A DNA stretch of 32,000 nucleotides from Mycobacterium tuberculosis H37Rv. Its GTDB lineage: Bacteria; Actinomycetota; Actinomycetes; Mycobacteriales; Mycobacteriaceae. Of this stretch, positions 1-9,702 are shown piece after piece. Below the pieces are notes generated by a model, which worked only from the letters and a program-made list of their open reading frames with translations, had not been told where the DNA came from and did no database searches. Each line of letters opens with the position of its first letter. Position 1 is the stretch's first letter. The stretch covers positions 2,550,001 through 2,582,000 of the forward strand of contig NC_000962.3 of NCBI RefSeq assembly GCF_000195955.2, written 5' to 3'. Made by a program: the position numbers and the translations under genes.

Positions 1-64
1 ACCAGCGCCACCGTGAACCGCCCCGGCATGTCCGGAGACTCCAGTTCTTGGAAAGGATGGGGTC

Positions 65-391
65 ATGTCAGGTGGTTCATCGAGGAGGTACCCGCCGGAG
101 CTGCGTGAGCGGGCGGTGCGGATGGTCGCAGAGATCCGCGGTCAGCACGATTCGGAGTGGGCAGCGATCAGTGAGGTCGCCCGTCTACTTGGTGTTGGCT
201 GCGCGGAGACGGTGCGTAAGTGGGTGCGCCAGGCGCAGGTCGATGCCGGCGCACGGCCCGGGACCACGACCGAAGAATCCGCTGAGCTGAAGCGCTTGCG
301 GCGGGACAACGCCGAATTGCGAAGGGCGAACGCGATTTTAAAGACCGCGTCGGCTTTCTTCGCGGCCGAGCTCGACCGGCCAGCACGCTAA
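65..391 (+). CDS. IS6110 transposase OrfA (HTH DNA-binding part)
   Basis: 108-aa ORF MSGGSSRRYPPELRERAVRMV..., the IS3-family OrfA type. It lies inside the IS6110 boundaries. Confidence 0.95.
   Translation: MSGGSSRRYPPELRERAVRMVAEIRGQHDSEWAAISEVARLLGVGCAETVRKWVRQAQVDAGARPGTTTEESAELKRLRRDNAELRRANAILKTASAFFAAELDRPAR
336..343 (+). promoter_or_regulatory. Programmed -1 ribosomal frameshift slippery sequence ttttaaag
   Basis: U UUU AAA G lies in the orfA frame (..ILK..) inside the orfA/orfB overlap. This is the known IS3-family/IS6110 frameshift arrangement. Confidence 0.8.
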
Positions 392-1326
392 TTACCCGGT
401 TCATCGCCGATCATCAGGGCCACCGCGAGGGCCCCGATGGTTTGCGGTGGGGTGTCGAGTCGATCTGCACACAGCTGACCGAGCTGGGTGTGCCGATCGC
501 CCCATCGACCTACTACGACCACATCAACCGGGAGCCCAGCCGCCGCGAGCTGCGCGATGGCGAACTCAAGGAGCACATCAGCCGCGTCCACGCCGCCAAC
601 TACGGTGTTTACGGTGCCCGCAAAGTGTGGCTAACCCTGAACCGTGAGGGCATCGAGGTGGCCAGATGCACCGTCGAACGGCTGATGACCAAACTCGGCC
701 TGTCCGGGACCACCCGCGGCAAAGCCCGCAGGACCACGATCGCTGATCCGGCCACAGCCCGTCCCGCCGATCTCGTCCAGCGCCGCTTCGGACCACCAGC
801 ACCTAACCGGCTGTGGGTAGCAGACCTCACCTATGTGTCGACCTGGGCAGGGTTCGCCTACGTGGCCTTTGTCACCGACGCCTACGCTCGCAGGATCCTG
901 GGCTGGCGGGTCGCTTCCACGATGGCCACCTCCATGGTCCTCGACGCGATCGAGCAAGCCATCTGGACCCGCCAACAAGAAGGCGTACTCGACCTGAAAG
1001 ACGTTATCCACCATACGGATAGGGGATCTCAGTACACATCGATCCGGTTCAGCGAGCGGCTCGCCGAGGCAGGCATCCAACCGTCGGTCGGAGCGGTCGG
1101 AAGCTCCTATGACAATGCACTAGCCGAGACGATCAACGGCCTATACAAGACCGAGCTGATCAAACCCGGCAAGCCCTGGCGGTCCATCGAGGATGTCGAG
1201 TTGGCCACCGCGCGCTGGGTCGACTGGTTCAACCATCGCCGCCTCTACCAGTACTGCGGCGACGTCCCGCCGGTCGAACTCGAGGCTGCCTACTACGCTC
1301 AACGCCAGAGACCAGCCGCCGGCTGA
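340..1326 (+). CDS. IS6110 transposase OrfB (DDE/rve catalytic part), expressed as an OrfAB fusion by -1 frameshift
   Basis: The -1 frame is open from 340, by my own translation (KDRVGFLRGRARPAST...), and runs into the listed ORF 442-1326. It contains integrase-core motifs (WVADLTYV, HTDRGSQYTS, SYDNALAETINGLYKTE). Confidence 0.93.
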   Translation, partial: KDRVGFLRGRARPASTLITRFIADHQGHREGPDGLRWGVESICTQLTELGVPIAPSTYYDHINREPSRRELRDGELKEHISRVHAANYGVYGARKVWLTLNREGIEVARCTVERLMTKLGLSGTTRGKARRTTIADPATARPADLVQRRFGPPAPNRLWVADLTYVSTWAGFAYVAFVTDAYARRILGWRVASTMATSMVLDAIEQAIWTRQQEGVLDLKDVIHHTDRGSQYTSIRFSERLAEAGIQPSVGAVGSSYDNALAETINGLYKTELIKPGKPWRSIEDVELATARWVDWFNHRRLYQYCGDVPPVELEAAYYAQRQRPAAG

Positions 1327-1559
1327 GGTCTCAGATCAGAGAGTCTCCGGACTCACCGGGGCGGTTCACCGCGCCCAACATAGCCGTCTTCACCATCGGT
1401 CCCCTTCAGGCTTTCCCCACCGTAGAAACGTGCGCAATGCGCGGCGCACAGTATCGAACCGTACCGCTGAGAGCCAACCACGATGATTTGCCCGCACCGG
1501 CAGCGATAAAGTAAGTCGCGGTCGGGCACGCAGCGCAGCGTTGGAAAGTGAGGCCTCCG

Positions 1560-2939
1560 ATGAGTGAAATGACAGCTCGGTTTTCCGAAATCGTCGGGAA
1601 CGCCAATTTGCTGACCGGCGACGCAATCCCCGAGGACTACGCACACGACGAAGAGTTGACGGGGCCGCCGCAGAAGCCAGCCTATGCCGCCAAGCCGGCC
1701 ACCCCCGAAGAGGTTGCCCAACTGCTGAAGGCCGCCTCTGAAAACGGTGTGCCGGTGACGGCCCGCGGGTCCGGGTGCGGCTTGTCGGGGGCCGCACGAC
1801 CAGTCGAGGGTGGGCTGCTGATCTCGTTCGACCGGATGAACAAGGTCCTCGAGGTCGACACCGCCAACCAAGTCGCCGTCGTGCAGCCCGGGGTGGCGTT
1901 GACCGACCTGGACGCCGCTACCGCCGATACCGGGCTGCGGTACACGGTTTACCCGGGCGAGCTGTCCTCCAGCGTCGGCGGGAATGTCGGAACCAACGCC
2001 GGCGGGATGCGCGCGGTCAAGTACGGAGTGGCCCGCCATAACGTGCTCGGGTTGCAAGCGGTATTGCCCACCGGCGAGATCATCCGAACCGGCGGCAGGA
2101 TGGCCAAGGTGTCCACCGGCTACGACCTCACCCAGCTGATCATCGGCTCGGAGGGCACCCTGGCCTTGGTCACCGAGGTGATCGTCAAGCTGCATCCGCG
2201 GCTCGACCACAACGCCAGCGTGCTCGCCCCGTTCGCCGACTTCGACCAAGTCATGGCGGCGGTGCCCAAGATCCTCGCCAGCGGCCTGGCACCTGACATC
2301 CTGGAGTACATTGACAACACTTCGATGGCCGCACTCATCTCCACTCAGAACCTGGAGCTAGGTATTCCGGACCAGATCCGCGACAGCTGCGAAGCTTATC
2401 TCCTTGTGGCGCTTGAGAACCGCATCGCCGACCGACTGTTCGAGGACATTCAGACGGTGGGTGAAATGCTCATGGAATTGGGAGCGGTGGACGCCTACGT
2501 GCTCGAAGGAGGCTCGGCGCGCAAGCTGATCGAGGCCCGCGAGAAGGCATTCTGGGCGGCAAAAGCACTCGGCGCCGACGACATCATCGACACCGTCGTC
2601 CCACGCGCGTCGATGCCAAAATTCCTGAGCACCGCGCGCGGTCTGGCGGCGGCAGCGGACGGTGCCGCGGTCGGTTGCGGGCACGCCGGCGACGGCAACG
2701 TACACATGGCCATCGCGTGCAAGGATCCGGAGAAAAAGAAGAAGCTCATGACCGACATCTTTGCTCTCGCAATGGAATTGGGTGGCGCGATCTCTGGCGA
2801 ACACGGCGTCGGCCGGGCCAAAACCGGCTATTTCCTCGAGCTGGAAGACCCGGTCAAGATCAGCCTCATGCGCCGTATCAAGCAGAGCTTCGATCCGGCG
2901 GGCATCCTCAACCCAGGCGTTGTCTTCGGAGACACCTGA
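1560..2939 (+). CDS. FAD-linked oxidase / GlcD-like (D-lactate-type) dehydrogenase
   Basis: ORF 1548-2939; ATG 1560 is preceded by gtgagg. FAD_binding_4-type segments are present (VTARGSGCGLSGAA, GGNVGTNAGGMRAVKYG, IGSEGTLALVTE), plus a C-terminal GGAISGEHGVGRAK. Recalled as Rv2280. Confidence 0.9.
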   Translation: MSEMTARFSEIVGNANLLTGDAIPEDYAHDEELTGPPQKPAYAAKPATPEEVAQLLKAASENGVPVTARGSGCGLSGAARPVEGGLLISFDRMNKVLEVDTANQVAVVQPGVALTDLDAATADTGLRYTVYPGELSSSVGGNVGTNAGGMRAVKYGVARHNVLGLQAVLPTGEIIRTGGRMAKVSTGYDLTQLIIGSEGTLALVTEVIVKLHPRLDHNASVLAPFADFDQVMAAVPKILASGLAPDILEYIDNTSMAALISTQNLELGIPDQIRDSCEAYLLVALENRIADRLFEDIQTVGEMLMELGAVDAYVLEGGSARKLIEAREKAFWAAKALGADDIIDTVVPRASMPKFLSTARGLAAAADGAAVGCGHAGDGNVHMAIACKDPEKKKKLMTDIFALAMELGGAISGEHGVGRAKTGYFLELEDPVKISLMRRIKQSFDPAGILNPGVVFGDT

Positions 2940-2951
2940 GCACGGACAAGA

Positions 2952-2983
2952 GCCGGCCGGACCAAGGCCGGTCATCGGCCGGC
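2952..2983 (+). terminator. GC-rich hairpin 13 nt after the oxidase stop codon (possible terminator, no U-tail)
   Basis: gccggccggacc (2952-2963) pairs with ggtc..cggccggc (2970-2983). That gives 12 bp with a 2-nt bulge and a 6-nt loop aaggcc. I paired it by hand. Confidence 0.4.
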
Positions 2984-3172
2984 CAACAGGCCTGCAAGTC
3001 TCGAGCGCAACATCTTCGTGGACAGCTCGGTCCGCCGGTCGTCAAAGCCGATTTCCCCGCATCTGTCCGGTCAGTCCGATGCAGCGTCGGTCACCGTTAT
3101 TCATCCGGCGTTTACCCGTTGCTAGCCGCCATGACGTAGCCTGCTGACGCTCGATCGCCAACACAAGCCGAC

Positions 3173-4831
3173 ATGAGCGACAATGCCAAACACCACAGGG
3201 ATGGGCATTTGGTGGCTAGCGGACTTCAGGATCGCGCAGCGCGCACACCGCAACACGAGGGCTTCCTCGGGCCGGACCGACCATGGCACCTGTCGTTCAG
3301 TCTGCTGCTGGCGGGTTCTTTCGTGCTGTTCTCGTGGTGGGCATTCGACTACGCAGGGTCCGGCGCGAACAAAGTCATCCTGGTGCTCGCCACCGTCGTC
3401 GGCATGTTCATGGCCTTCAACGTCGGCGGCAATGATGTCGCCAACTCGTTTGGCACCAGCGTCGGCGCGGGCACGTTGACCATGAAACAGGCGCTTCTGG
3501 TCGCGGCGATCTTCGAGGTCAGCGGCGCGGTGATCGCCGGCGGCGACGTCACCGAGACCATCCGCAGCGGCATCGTTGATCTGTCCGGGGTGTCCGTCGA
3601 CCCACGCGACTTCATGAACATCATGCTGTCGGCGCTATCGGCAGCCGCGCTCTGGCTGCTGTTTGCTAACCGTATGGGGTACCCGGTGTCGACCACACAC
3701 TCGATCATCGGCGGCATCGTCGGCGCGGCGATCGCGCTGGGGATGGTGAGCGGCCAGGGCGGTGCCGCACTCAGGATGGTCCAGTGGGATCAAATCGGCC
3801 AGATCGTGGTGTCCTGGGTGCTGTCGCCGGTGTTGGGCGGCTTGGTGTCGTACCTGCTCTACGGCGTCATCAAACGGCACATCCTGCTGTACAACGAACA
3901 GGCCGAACGACGGCTAACAGAAATTAAGAAAGAGCGCATCGCACACCGCGAGCGCCACAAGGCGGCGTTCGACCGGCTCACCGAGATCCAGCAGATCGCC
4001 TATACCGGCGCCCTGGCGCGCGACGCCGTCGCGGCAAACCGCAAGGACTTTGATCCCGACGAACTGGAATCCGATTACTACCGCGAGCTACACGAAATCG
4101 ACGCCAAGACATCGTCGGTCGACGCGTTCCGGGCCCTGCAGAACTGGGTTCCGCTGGTCGCCGCCGCCGGATCCATGATCATTGTCGCGATGCTGCTGTT
4201 CAAGGGGTTCAAGCACATGCACTTGGGCCTTACCACGATGAATAACTACTTCATCATCGCGATGGTCGGTGCAGCGGTGTGGATGGCCACCTTTATTTTC
4301 GCCAAGACACTTCGGGGCGAATCACTTTCACGGTCAACGTTTTTGATGTTCAGCTGGATGCAGGTCTTTACGGCCTCGGGCTTCGCCTTCAGCCACGGCA
4401 GCAATGACATTGCCAACGCCATCGGGCCGTTCGCGGCAATCCTGGATGTGCTGCGCACGGGCGCCATTGAAGGCAACGCAGCGGTGCCTGCCGCGGCCAT
4501 GGTAACGTTCGGCGTCGCGTTGTGCGCGGGGTTGTGGTTCATTGGACGACGGGTGATCGCCACCGTTGGACACAACCTCACCACGATGCACCCGGCATCG
4601 GGGTTTGCTGCCGAATTGTCGGCCGCCGGGGTGGTCATGGGAGCCACGGTCCTGGGTCTTCCGGTTTCCAGCACGCACATTCTTATCGGCGCCGTCCTCG
4701 GCGTCGGCATCGTAAACCGGTCCACCAACTGGGGACTGATGAAACCGATCGTGCTAGCGTGGGTCATCACGCTGCCTTCGGCGGCGATCCTCGCCTCGGT
4801 CGGTCTTGTCGCGCTACGCGCGATTTTCTGA
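3173..4831 (+). CDS. pitB: PiT-family inorganic phosphate transporter
   Basis: 552-aa polytopic membrane ORF. It carries the duplicated PHO4/PiT signature ([14 protein letters not shown] in the N-half, [11 protein letters not shown] in the C-half). Confidence 0.93.
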
Positions 4832-4865
4832 CGACGCCGGGTCCATCAACCCCAGCGCAACCTCC

Positions 4866-4925
4866 GCGAGCAGTCGCTAAAGCCCCCGACACGCCGTGCG
4901 TGCGGGGGCTTATGCGACTGCTCGC
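4866..4925. terminator. Long imperfect palindrome/hairpin between convergent pitB and the LysR gene (candidate bidirectional terminator)
   Basis: Hand pairing gives 12 bp for 4866-4877 with 4914-4925, then a 2x2 internal loop. Next come 9 bp for 4880-4888 with 4903-4911, a 1-nt bulge, and 4 bp for 4890-4893 with 4899-4902. The loop is ccgtg. Total 25 bp. Confidence 0.55.
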
Positions 4926-4937
4926 CGGACGGAGGTC

Positions 4938-5876
4938 CTACGTGCTGCGGGAAGTGATGTGGCTGAGCAGGTCTCGTATCGCACCCGCCGGCGGGGTGCG
5001 CCCACCGACCCAGATGGCTCGAAGCTGGCGCCGCAGGTTCAACGCGGGGATGTCGACCGCGAGTAATCGACCGAACGCCAGGTCATCGGCTATCGCTAGC
5101 CGGCTCATCGCAGCCGGTCCAGCGCCGGCCAAGACCGCGGCCCGCACGGCCGCAGCCGATGATAATTCCAGCACCGGTGGCGCTTGCTGCATGTCCTCCC
5201 CGAGCGTGTCACGTAACGCCGCGGTGAGTGAATCGCGGATGCCAGAGTTCGGTTCGCGAGTCACCAAAGGCGTCTGAGCGAGCTCCCGGGCGCTCACTAC
5301 TCGTGACCGTCGGGCCCACTTGTGACCCGGCGGCACGACGACGACCAGTTCGTCGCGTGCAACCACAACGCTGCCTAATCCCGTGGGAGGACAGGGGTTT
5401 TCGATGAATCCAAGATCTGCGATGCCGTCACGAACGGCTGCGATCGCATGCTCGCTATTGGTGGCGGTCAGGATTACCTCAGGGACAGTACCACCGCGGC
5501 GCATGTCGGCGGCCCGCAAGGACAGCATCCAATGCGGCATCAGCTGTTCGGCTATCGTCTGGCTGGCCACCACTCTGATGCGCTGGCGGCCTTCGGTGCG
5601 CAGCGAGCCGAGGCCGGCATCGATCTCGTCGGCGACTTCGAGCAAGCGGGCCGCCCATTCGGCGACGACGATGCCGGCAGGCGTGAGTTGGGAGCCACGT
5701 GTCGTCCGGATGGCCAATCGCACCCCGATCTGGGCCTCCATCGATGCGAGCCGCCTTGACACAGCTTGTTGAGTCAACCCGAGTTCGCGTGCGGCGCCGC
5801 CAAGACTGCCGGCCTCAGCGATGGCCAGAAAGATTTCGAAGCAGGTGAGTCCGGGCATACGAGAGCTGAGCGGCAT
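4938..5876 (-). CDS. LysR-family transcriptional regulator
   Basis: 312-aa ORF with an N-terminal LysR HTH (FEIFLAIAEAGSLGGAARELGLTQQAVSRRLASMEAQ) and a C-terminal substrate-binding-domain length typical of LTTRs. Confidence 0.93.
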   Translation of the reverse strand: MPLSSRMPGLTCFEIFLAIAEAGSLGGAARELGLTQQAVSRRLASMEAQIGVRLAIRTTRGSQLTPAGIVVAEWAARLLEVADEIDAGLGSLRTEGRQRIRVVASQTIAEQLMPHWMLSLRAADMRRGGTVPEVILTATNSEHAIAAVRDGIADLGFIENPCPPTGLGSVVVARDELVVVVPPGHKWARRSRVVSARELAQTPLVTREPNSGIRDSLTAALRDTLGEDMQQAPPVLELSSAAAVRAAVLAGAGPAAMSRLAIADDLAFGRLLAVDIPALNLRRQLRAIWVGGRTPPAGAIRDLLSHITSRST

Positions 5877-5889
5877 GCCTGATCAAATC

Positions 5890-5904
5890 ACAACCAATGG
5901 TTGT
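5890..5904. promoter_or_regulatory. Perfect 7-1-7 palindrome acaacca-a-tggttgt, candidate LTTR operator
   Basis: It lies 13 nt upstream of the LysR start codon, in the divergent LysR/lipM intergenic region. A partial repeat caacaac follows at 5909-5915. Confidence 0.4.
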
Positions 5905-5940
5905 TCCCAACAACATTCAGACCCCTAGTGACGACGGCCC

Positions 5941-6135
5941 ATGCTCGAAAAATGCCCCCACGCGAGCGTCGACTGCGGTGCCTCGAAAATCGGCATCACC
6001 GACAACGACCCCGCGACCGCCACCAACCGCAGGCTGGCGAGCACAATTCGCAAGCCGCCGATCGAGCACGCGGCCGGGCCCTTAGGGTCCACATCACGCG
6101 CTGGCCACCGTTCGTACGGCGGGGTGGCCTCGTAA
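5941..6135 (+). CDS. Hypothetical 64-aa ORF (doubtful)
   Basis: Only an open frame in the LysR-lipM intergenic region. I recognise no domain, and competing ORFs occur in all frames. I recall an annotated small gene (Rv2283) here, but the sequence alone does not support it well. Confidence 0.2.
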
Positions 6136-6144
6136 GGTAACCAC

Positions 6145-7440
6145 ATGGGCGCTCCTCGACTCATCCACGTCATCCGGCAAATCGGGGCCTTGGTGGTAGC
6201 GGCAGTGACCGCCGCCGCCACGATCAACGCATATAGGCCGCTGGCGCGCAACGGATTCGCATCGCTGTGGTCGTGGTTTATTGGCCTGGTGGTTACCGAG
6301 TTTCCGTTACCGACGCTGGCGAGCCAGCTCGGCGGGCTGGTGTTGACAGCCCAACGCCTGACCCGGCCAGTGCGGGCGGTCTCCTGGCTGGTAGCGGCCT
6401 TCTCGGCGCTGGGGCTGCTGAACCTCAGTCGCGCAGGCCGTCAGGCCGATGCCCAGCTCACCGCCGCATTAGACAGCGGCCTGGGGCCCGATCGCCGCAC
6501 CGCCTCGGCCGGTCTGTGGCGCCGCCCAGCCGGCGGTGGTACCGCCAAGACCCCCGGGCCGCTGCGCATGCTGCGGATCTACCGCGATTACGCACACGAT
6601 GGCGACATCAGCTACGGCGAATACGGCAGGGCCAACCACCTCGATATCTGGCGACGTCCCGATCTAGATCTGACCGGAACAGCGCCCGTGCTGTTTCAGA
6701 TCCCCGGCGGTGCATGGACCACCGGAAACAAACGCGGACAGGCGCATCCACTGATGAGCCACCTCGCCGAGCTAGGCTGGATCTGCGTGGCGATCAACTA
6801 CCGACACAGCCCGCGCAACACCTGGCCGGATCACATCATCGACGTCAAGCGCGCCCTGGCGTGGGTCAAGGCGCACATCAGCGAATACGGCGGCGATCCG
6901 GACTTCATCGCCATCACCGGTGGTTCGGCCGGCGGCCACCTGTCGTCACTGGCCGCGCTAACGCCGAATGACCCACGATTCCAACCGGGATTCGAAGAGG
7001 CGGACACCCGGGTGCAGGCAGCCGTGCCGTTCTACGGCGTCTATGACTTCACTCGTCTGCAGGACGCGATGCACCCGATGATGCTGCCGCTGCTGGAGCG
7101 AATGGTGGTCAAACAACCGCGCACGGCGAACATGCAGTCCTACCTCGACGCCTCACCGGTCACCCACATTTCCGCCGACGCTCCCCCATTCTTTGTGCTA
7201 CACGGCCGCAACGACTCGCTGGTTCCCGTACAGCAGGCGCGTGGCTTCGTCGATCAGCTGCGGCAAGTCAGCAAGCAGCCGGTGGTATACGCCGAATTGC
7301 CCTTTACCCAGCACGCTTTCGACCTGCTCGGCTCGGCACGTGCGGCACACACGGCGATCGCCGTGGAGCAATTCCTGGCCGAGGTCTACGCAACGCAACA
7401 CGCGGGCAGTGAGCCGGGCCCCGCGGTTGCGATCCCATAG
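6145..7440 (+). CDS. lipM: Membrane-anchored esterase/lipase, alpha/beta hydrolase (HSL/Abhydrolase_3-like)
   Basis: 431 aa. N-terminal TM helices, an oxyanion-region PGGAWTTG, a nucleophile elbow [10 protein letters not shown], and a C-terminal HGRNDSLVP and FTQHAF. Confidence 0.9.
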   Translation: MGAPRLIHVIRQIGALVVAAVTAAATINAYRPLARNGFASLWSWFIGLVVTEFPLPTLASQLGGLVLTAQRLTRPVRAVSWLVAAFSALGLLNLSRAGRQADAQLTAALDSGLGPDRRTASAGLWRRPAGGGTAKTPGPLRMLRIYRDYAHDGDISYGEYGRANHLDIWRRPDLDLTGTAPVLFQIPGGAWTTGNKRGQAHPLMSHLAELGWICVAINYRHSPRNTWPDHIIDVKRALAWVKAHISEYGGDPDFIAITGGSAGGHLSSLAALTPNDPRFQPGFEEADTRVQAAVPFYGVYDFTRLQDAMHPMMLPLLERMVVKQPRTANMQSYLDASPVTHISADAPPFFVLHGRNDSLVPVQQARGFVDQLRQVSKQPVVYAELPFTQHAFDLLGSARAAHTAIAVEQFLAEVYATQHAGSEPGPAVAIP

Positions 7441-7472
7441 CTTTTGGGGTTGAGGTCGCTAGGGTTGGCCTT

Positions 7473-8810
7473 GTGAAGCTGCTCAGCCCGCTGGATCAGA
7501 TGTTCGCGCGCATGGAGGCGCCGCGCACGCCAATGCACATCGGCGCGTTTGCGGTCTTCGACCTGCCTAAGGGAGCACCGCGCAGGTTCATCCGCGACCT
7601 GTACGAGGCGATCTCACAACTGGCGTTCCTGCCCTTCCCGTTCGACAGCGTGATCGCCGGCGGCGCGTCGATGGCGTACTGGAGGCAGGTGCAGCCCGAT
7701 CCGAGCTACCACGTCCGCTTGTCCGCCCTACCTTATCCGGGGACCGGCCGCGATCTCGGCGCGTTGGTCGAGCGGCTGCATTCGACCCCACTTGACATGG
7801 CCAAGCCGCTATGGGAGTTGCACCTCATCGAGGGGCTAACCGGCCGTCAGTTCGCCATGTACTTCAAGGCCCACCACTGCGCGGTCGACGGATTGGGTGG
7901 GGTGAACCTGATCAAGAGCTGGCTCACCACCGATCCCGAGGCACCCCCAGGCTCGGGCAAGCCCGAGCCGTTCGGCGATGACTACGACTTGGCCAGCGTG
8001 TTGGCCGCCGCCACGACGAAGCGGGCGGTCGAGGGCGTTTCCGCGGTCAGCGAACTGGCCGGAAGGCTATCCAGCATGGTGCTGGGCGCCAACAGCTCGG
8101 TGCGGGCGGCCCTCACCACCCCGCGTACCCCGTTTAACACCCGCGTCAACCGGCATCGACGGCTAGCGGTGCAAGTGCTGAAACTGCCGCGCCTCAAGGC
8201 AGTGGCCCACGCCACCGACTGCACCGTCAACGACGTGATCCTGGCGTCTGTCGGCGGGGCTTGCCGACGCTACCTGCAGGAGCTGGGCGACCTGCCGACG
8301 AACACCCTGACCGCCTCGGTGCCGGTCGGCTTCGAGCGCGACGCAGACACGGTCAACGCCGCCTCGGGTTTCGTCGCGCCGCTGGGCACCTCGATCGAAG
8401 ACCCGGTTGCGCGGCTGACCACAATCTCGGCGTCGACCACCCGCGGCAAGGCCGAACTGCTGGCGATGTCACCAAATGCCTTGCAGCACTACTCCGTATT
8501 CGGCTTGCTGCCGATCGCGGTGGGGCAGAAGACCGGCGCACTCGGGGTGATTCCACCGCTGTTCAACTTCACCGTCTCCAATGTGGTGCTCTCGAAGGAC
8601 CCGTTGTATCTTTCGGGCGCCAAGCTGGATGTGATTGTTCCGATGTCGTTCCTGTGTGACGGCTATGGCCTCAACGTGACGCTGGTCGGCTACACGGACA
8701 AGGTCGTCCTCGGCTTTCTGGGCTGCCGTGACACCTTGCCGCATCTGCAGCGGCTAGCGCAGTACACCGGCGCGGCATTCGAGGAACTCGAGACCGCCGC
8801 CTTGCCATAG
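7473..8810 (+). CDS. Wax-ester synthase/diacylglycerol acyltransferase (WS/DGAT, Tgs family)
   Basis: 445 aa. The HHxxxDG acyltransferase motif appears as [12 protein letters not shown]. Length and N-terminal LSPLDQMF are typical of mycobacterial Tgs proteins. Confidence 0.92.
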
Positions 8811-8876
8811 CGACCAAACGACGACAACGCTCCGCCCATCGCCGGCAGTACCCGCCAATCACCACGGTGTAGCCGC

Positions 8877-9569
8877 TCAGGAGCGGCCCGCCAGCCGGTC
8901 GATATCAACGATCTCCCCGCGATTGATGCTCACCCAATCGCGCCCATCGAGGTAGGGGCGTAGCTGCTGGGCAATGAGTTCAACATCGGCTGGTGACTTC
9001 GGTCGCTGAAGTTCGTAGACGTGCGGCAGCCCCGCCATGCCCGTGACGACGCTCCACAGGTTCAGGGCGGCCGGTCCAGCAGGCGGGTCCACCAGCACCG
9101 GCCCAAAAAGGCATTGTCCGTCCAAAAAGAGCGTCGGCACGCCGTATCCGCCCGCGGCGACAACCCGTTGGTGGTCGGCGCGGACGTCGTCGTGGGTCGT
9201 CGGATCATCCAGCGCCGCGTCCAAAATCGCCGCATTGACGCCGACGTCGCACAGTAGGCGTCGCGCCACCGCGGGATCATGCGGTTTGCCGCCCAGGGTG
9301 TGCAGCTCATGACCGATCGCTGCATACCACCGATCAAGCAACGACATGTTCGTTCGACGCAGCAGCGCACCGATCCGCATCAACGACCAGCCATAGGACC
9401 AGTCTCGCTCCCACGGGTGCTTCTTGCCCGCTACCAGGTTGATCTCCTCGAGGCTGAAAAACCGCCAGTTGATCGTGATTCCCAATTGCGCGCGCACATC
9501 ACGGATCCACACCGAGGTCTGATAGGCGAACGGGCACAAAGGGTCAAAGTGGAAATCCACGGTGGTCAT
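8877..9569 (-). CDS. DsbA-like thioredoxin-fold protein
   Basis: ORF 8877-9629. ATG 9569 has ggagga about 12 nt upstream and gives [19 protein letters not shown]..., the DsbA/2-hydroxychromene-carboxylate-isomerase-like N-terminus. Confidence 0.85.
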
Positions 9570-9702
9570 CAGACCTGAGTCCTCCAGCTGATCGAGTCGA
9601 CACCTCGATGACATTGTGCCGTGCGCCACGTTGTCAGCGGACTGAGTCGACCCAACATCTCGCGGTGTTCGCCAGGGTGCCGAAACAGGTCAACGCGGCG
9701 GT

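Larger units (their letters stand above)
14..1368 (+). mobile_element. IS6110: Complete IS6110 (IS3 family), 1355 bp
   Basis: The 28-bp terminal inverted repeats are tgaaccgccccggcatgtccggagactc (14-41) and gagtctccggactcaccggggcggttca (1341-1368), complementary at 25/28 positions. A 3-bp direct repeat ccg flanks both ends (11-13 and 1369-1371). Two overlapping transposase ORFs with a slippery site lie inside. The sequence matches my memory of IS6110. Confidence 0.97.

Noticed and set aside
1353-2249. Long antisense ORFs opposite well-supported genes. Examples are 1353-2249(-), 16760-17461(-), 21070-21873(+), 23024-23704(-), 26229-27224(-) and 30302-30730(-).
   Set aside because: High-GC DNA keeps stop-poor frames open opposite real genes. 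The products are Arg/Gly/Pro-rich with no motifs, and the opposite strand carries clear domain signatures.
5897-6251. Other small ORFs in the LysR-lipM intergenic region: 5897-6085(+), 5901-6140(+), 5925-6251(-).
   Set aside because: They mutually overlap in several frames, and they have no SD, no domains and a biased composition. They cannot be distinguished from chance.
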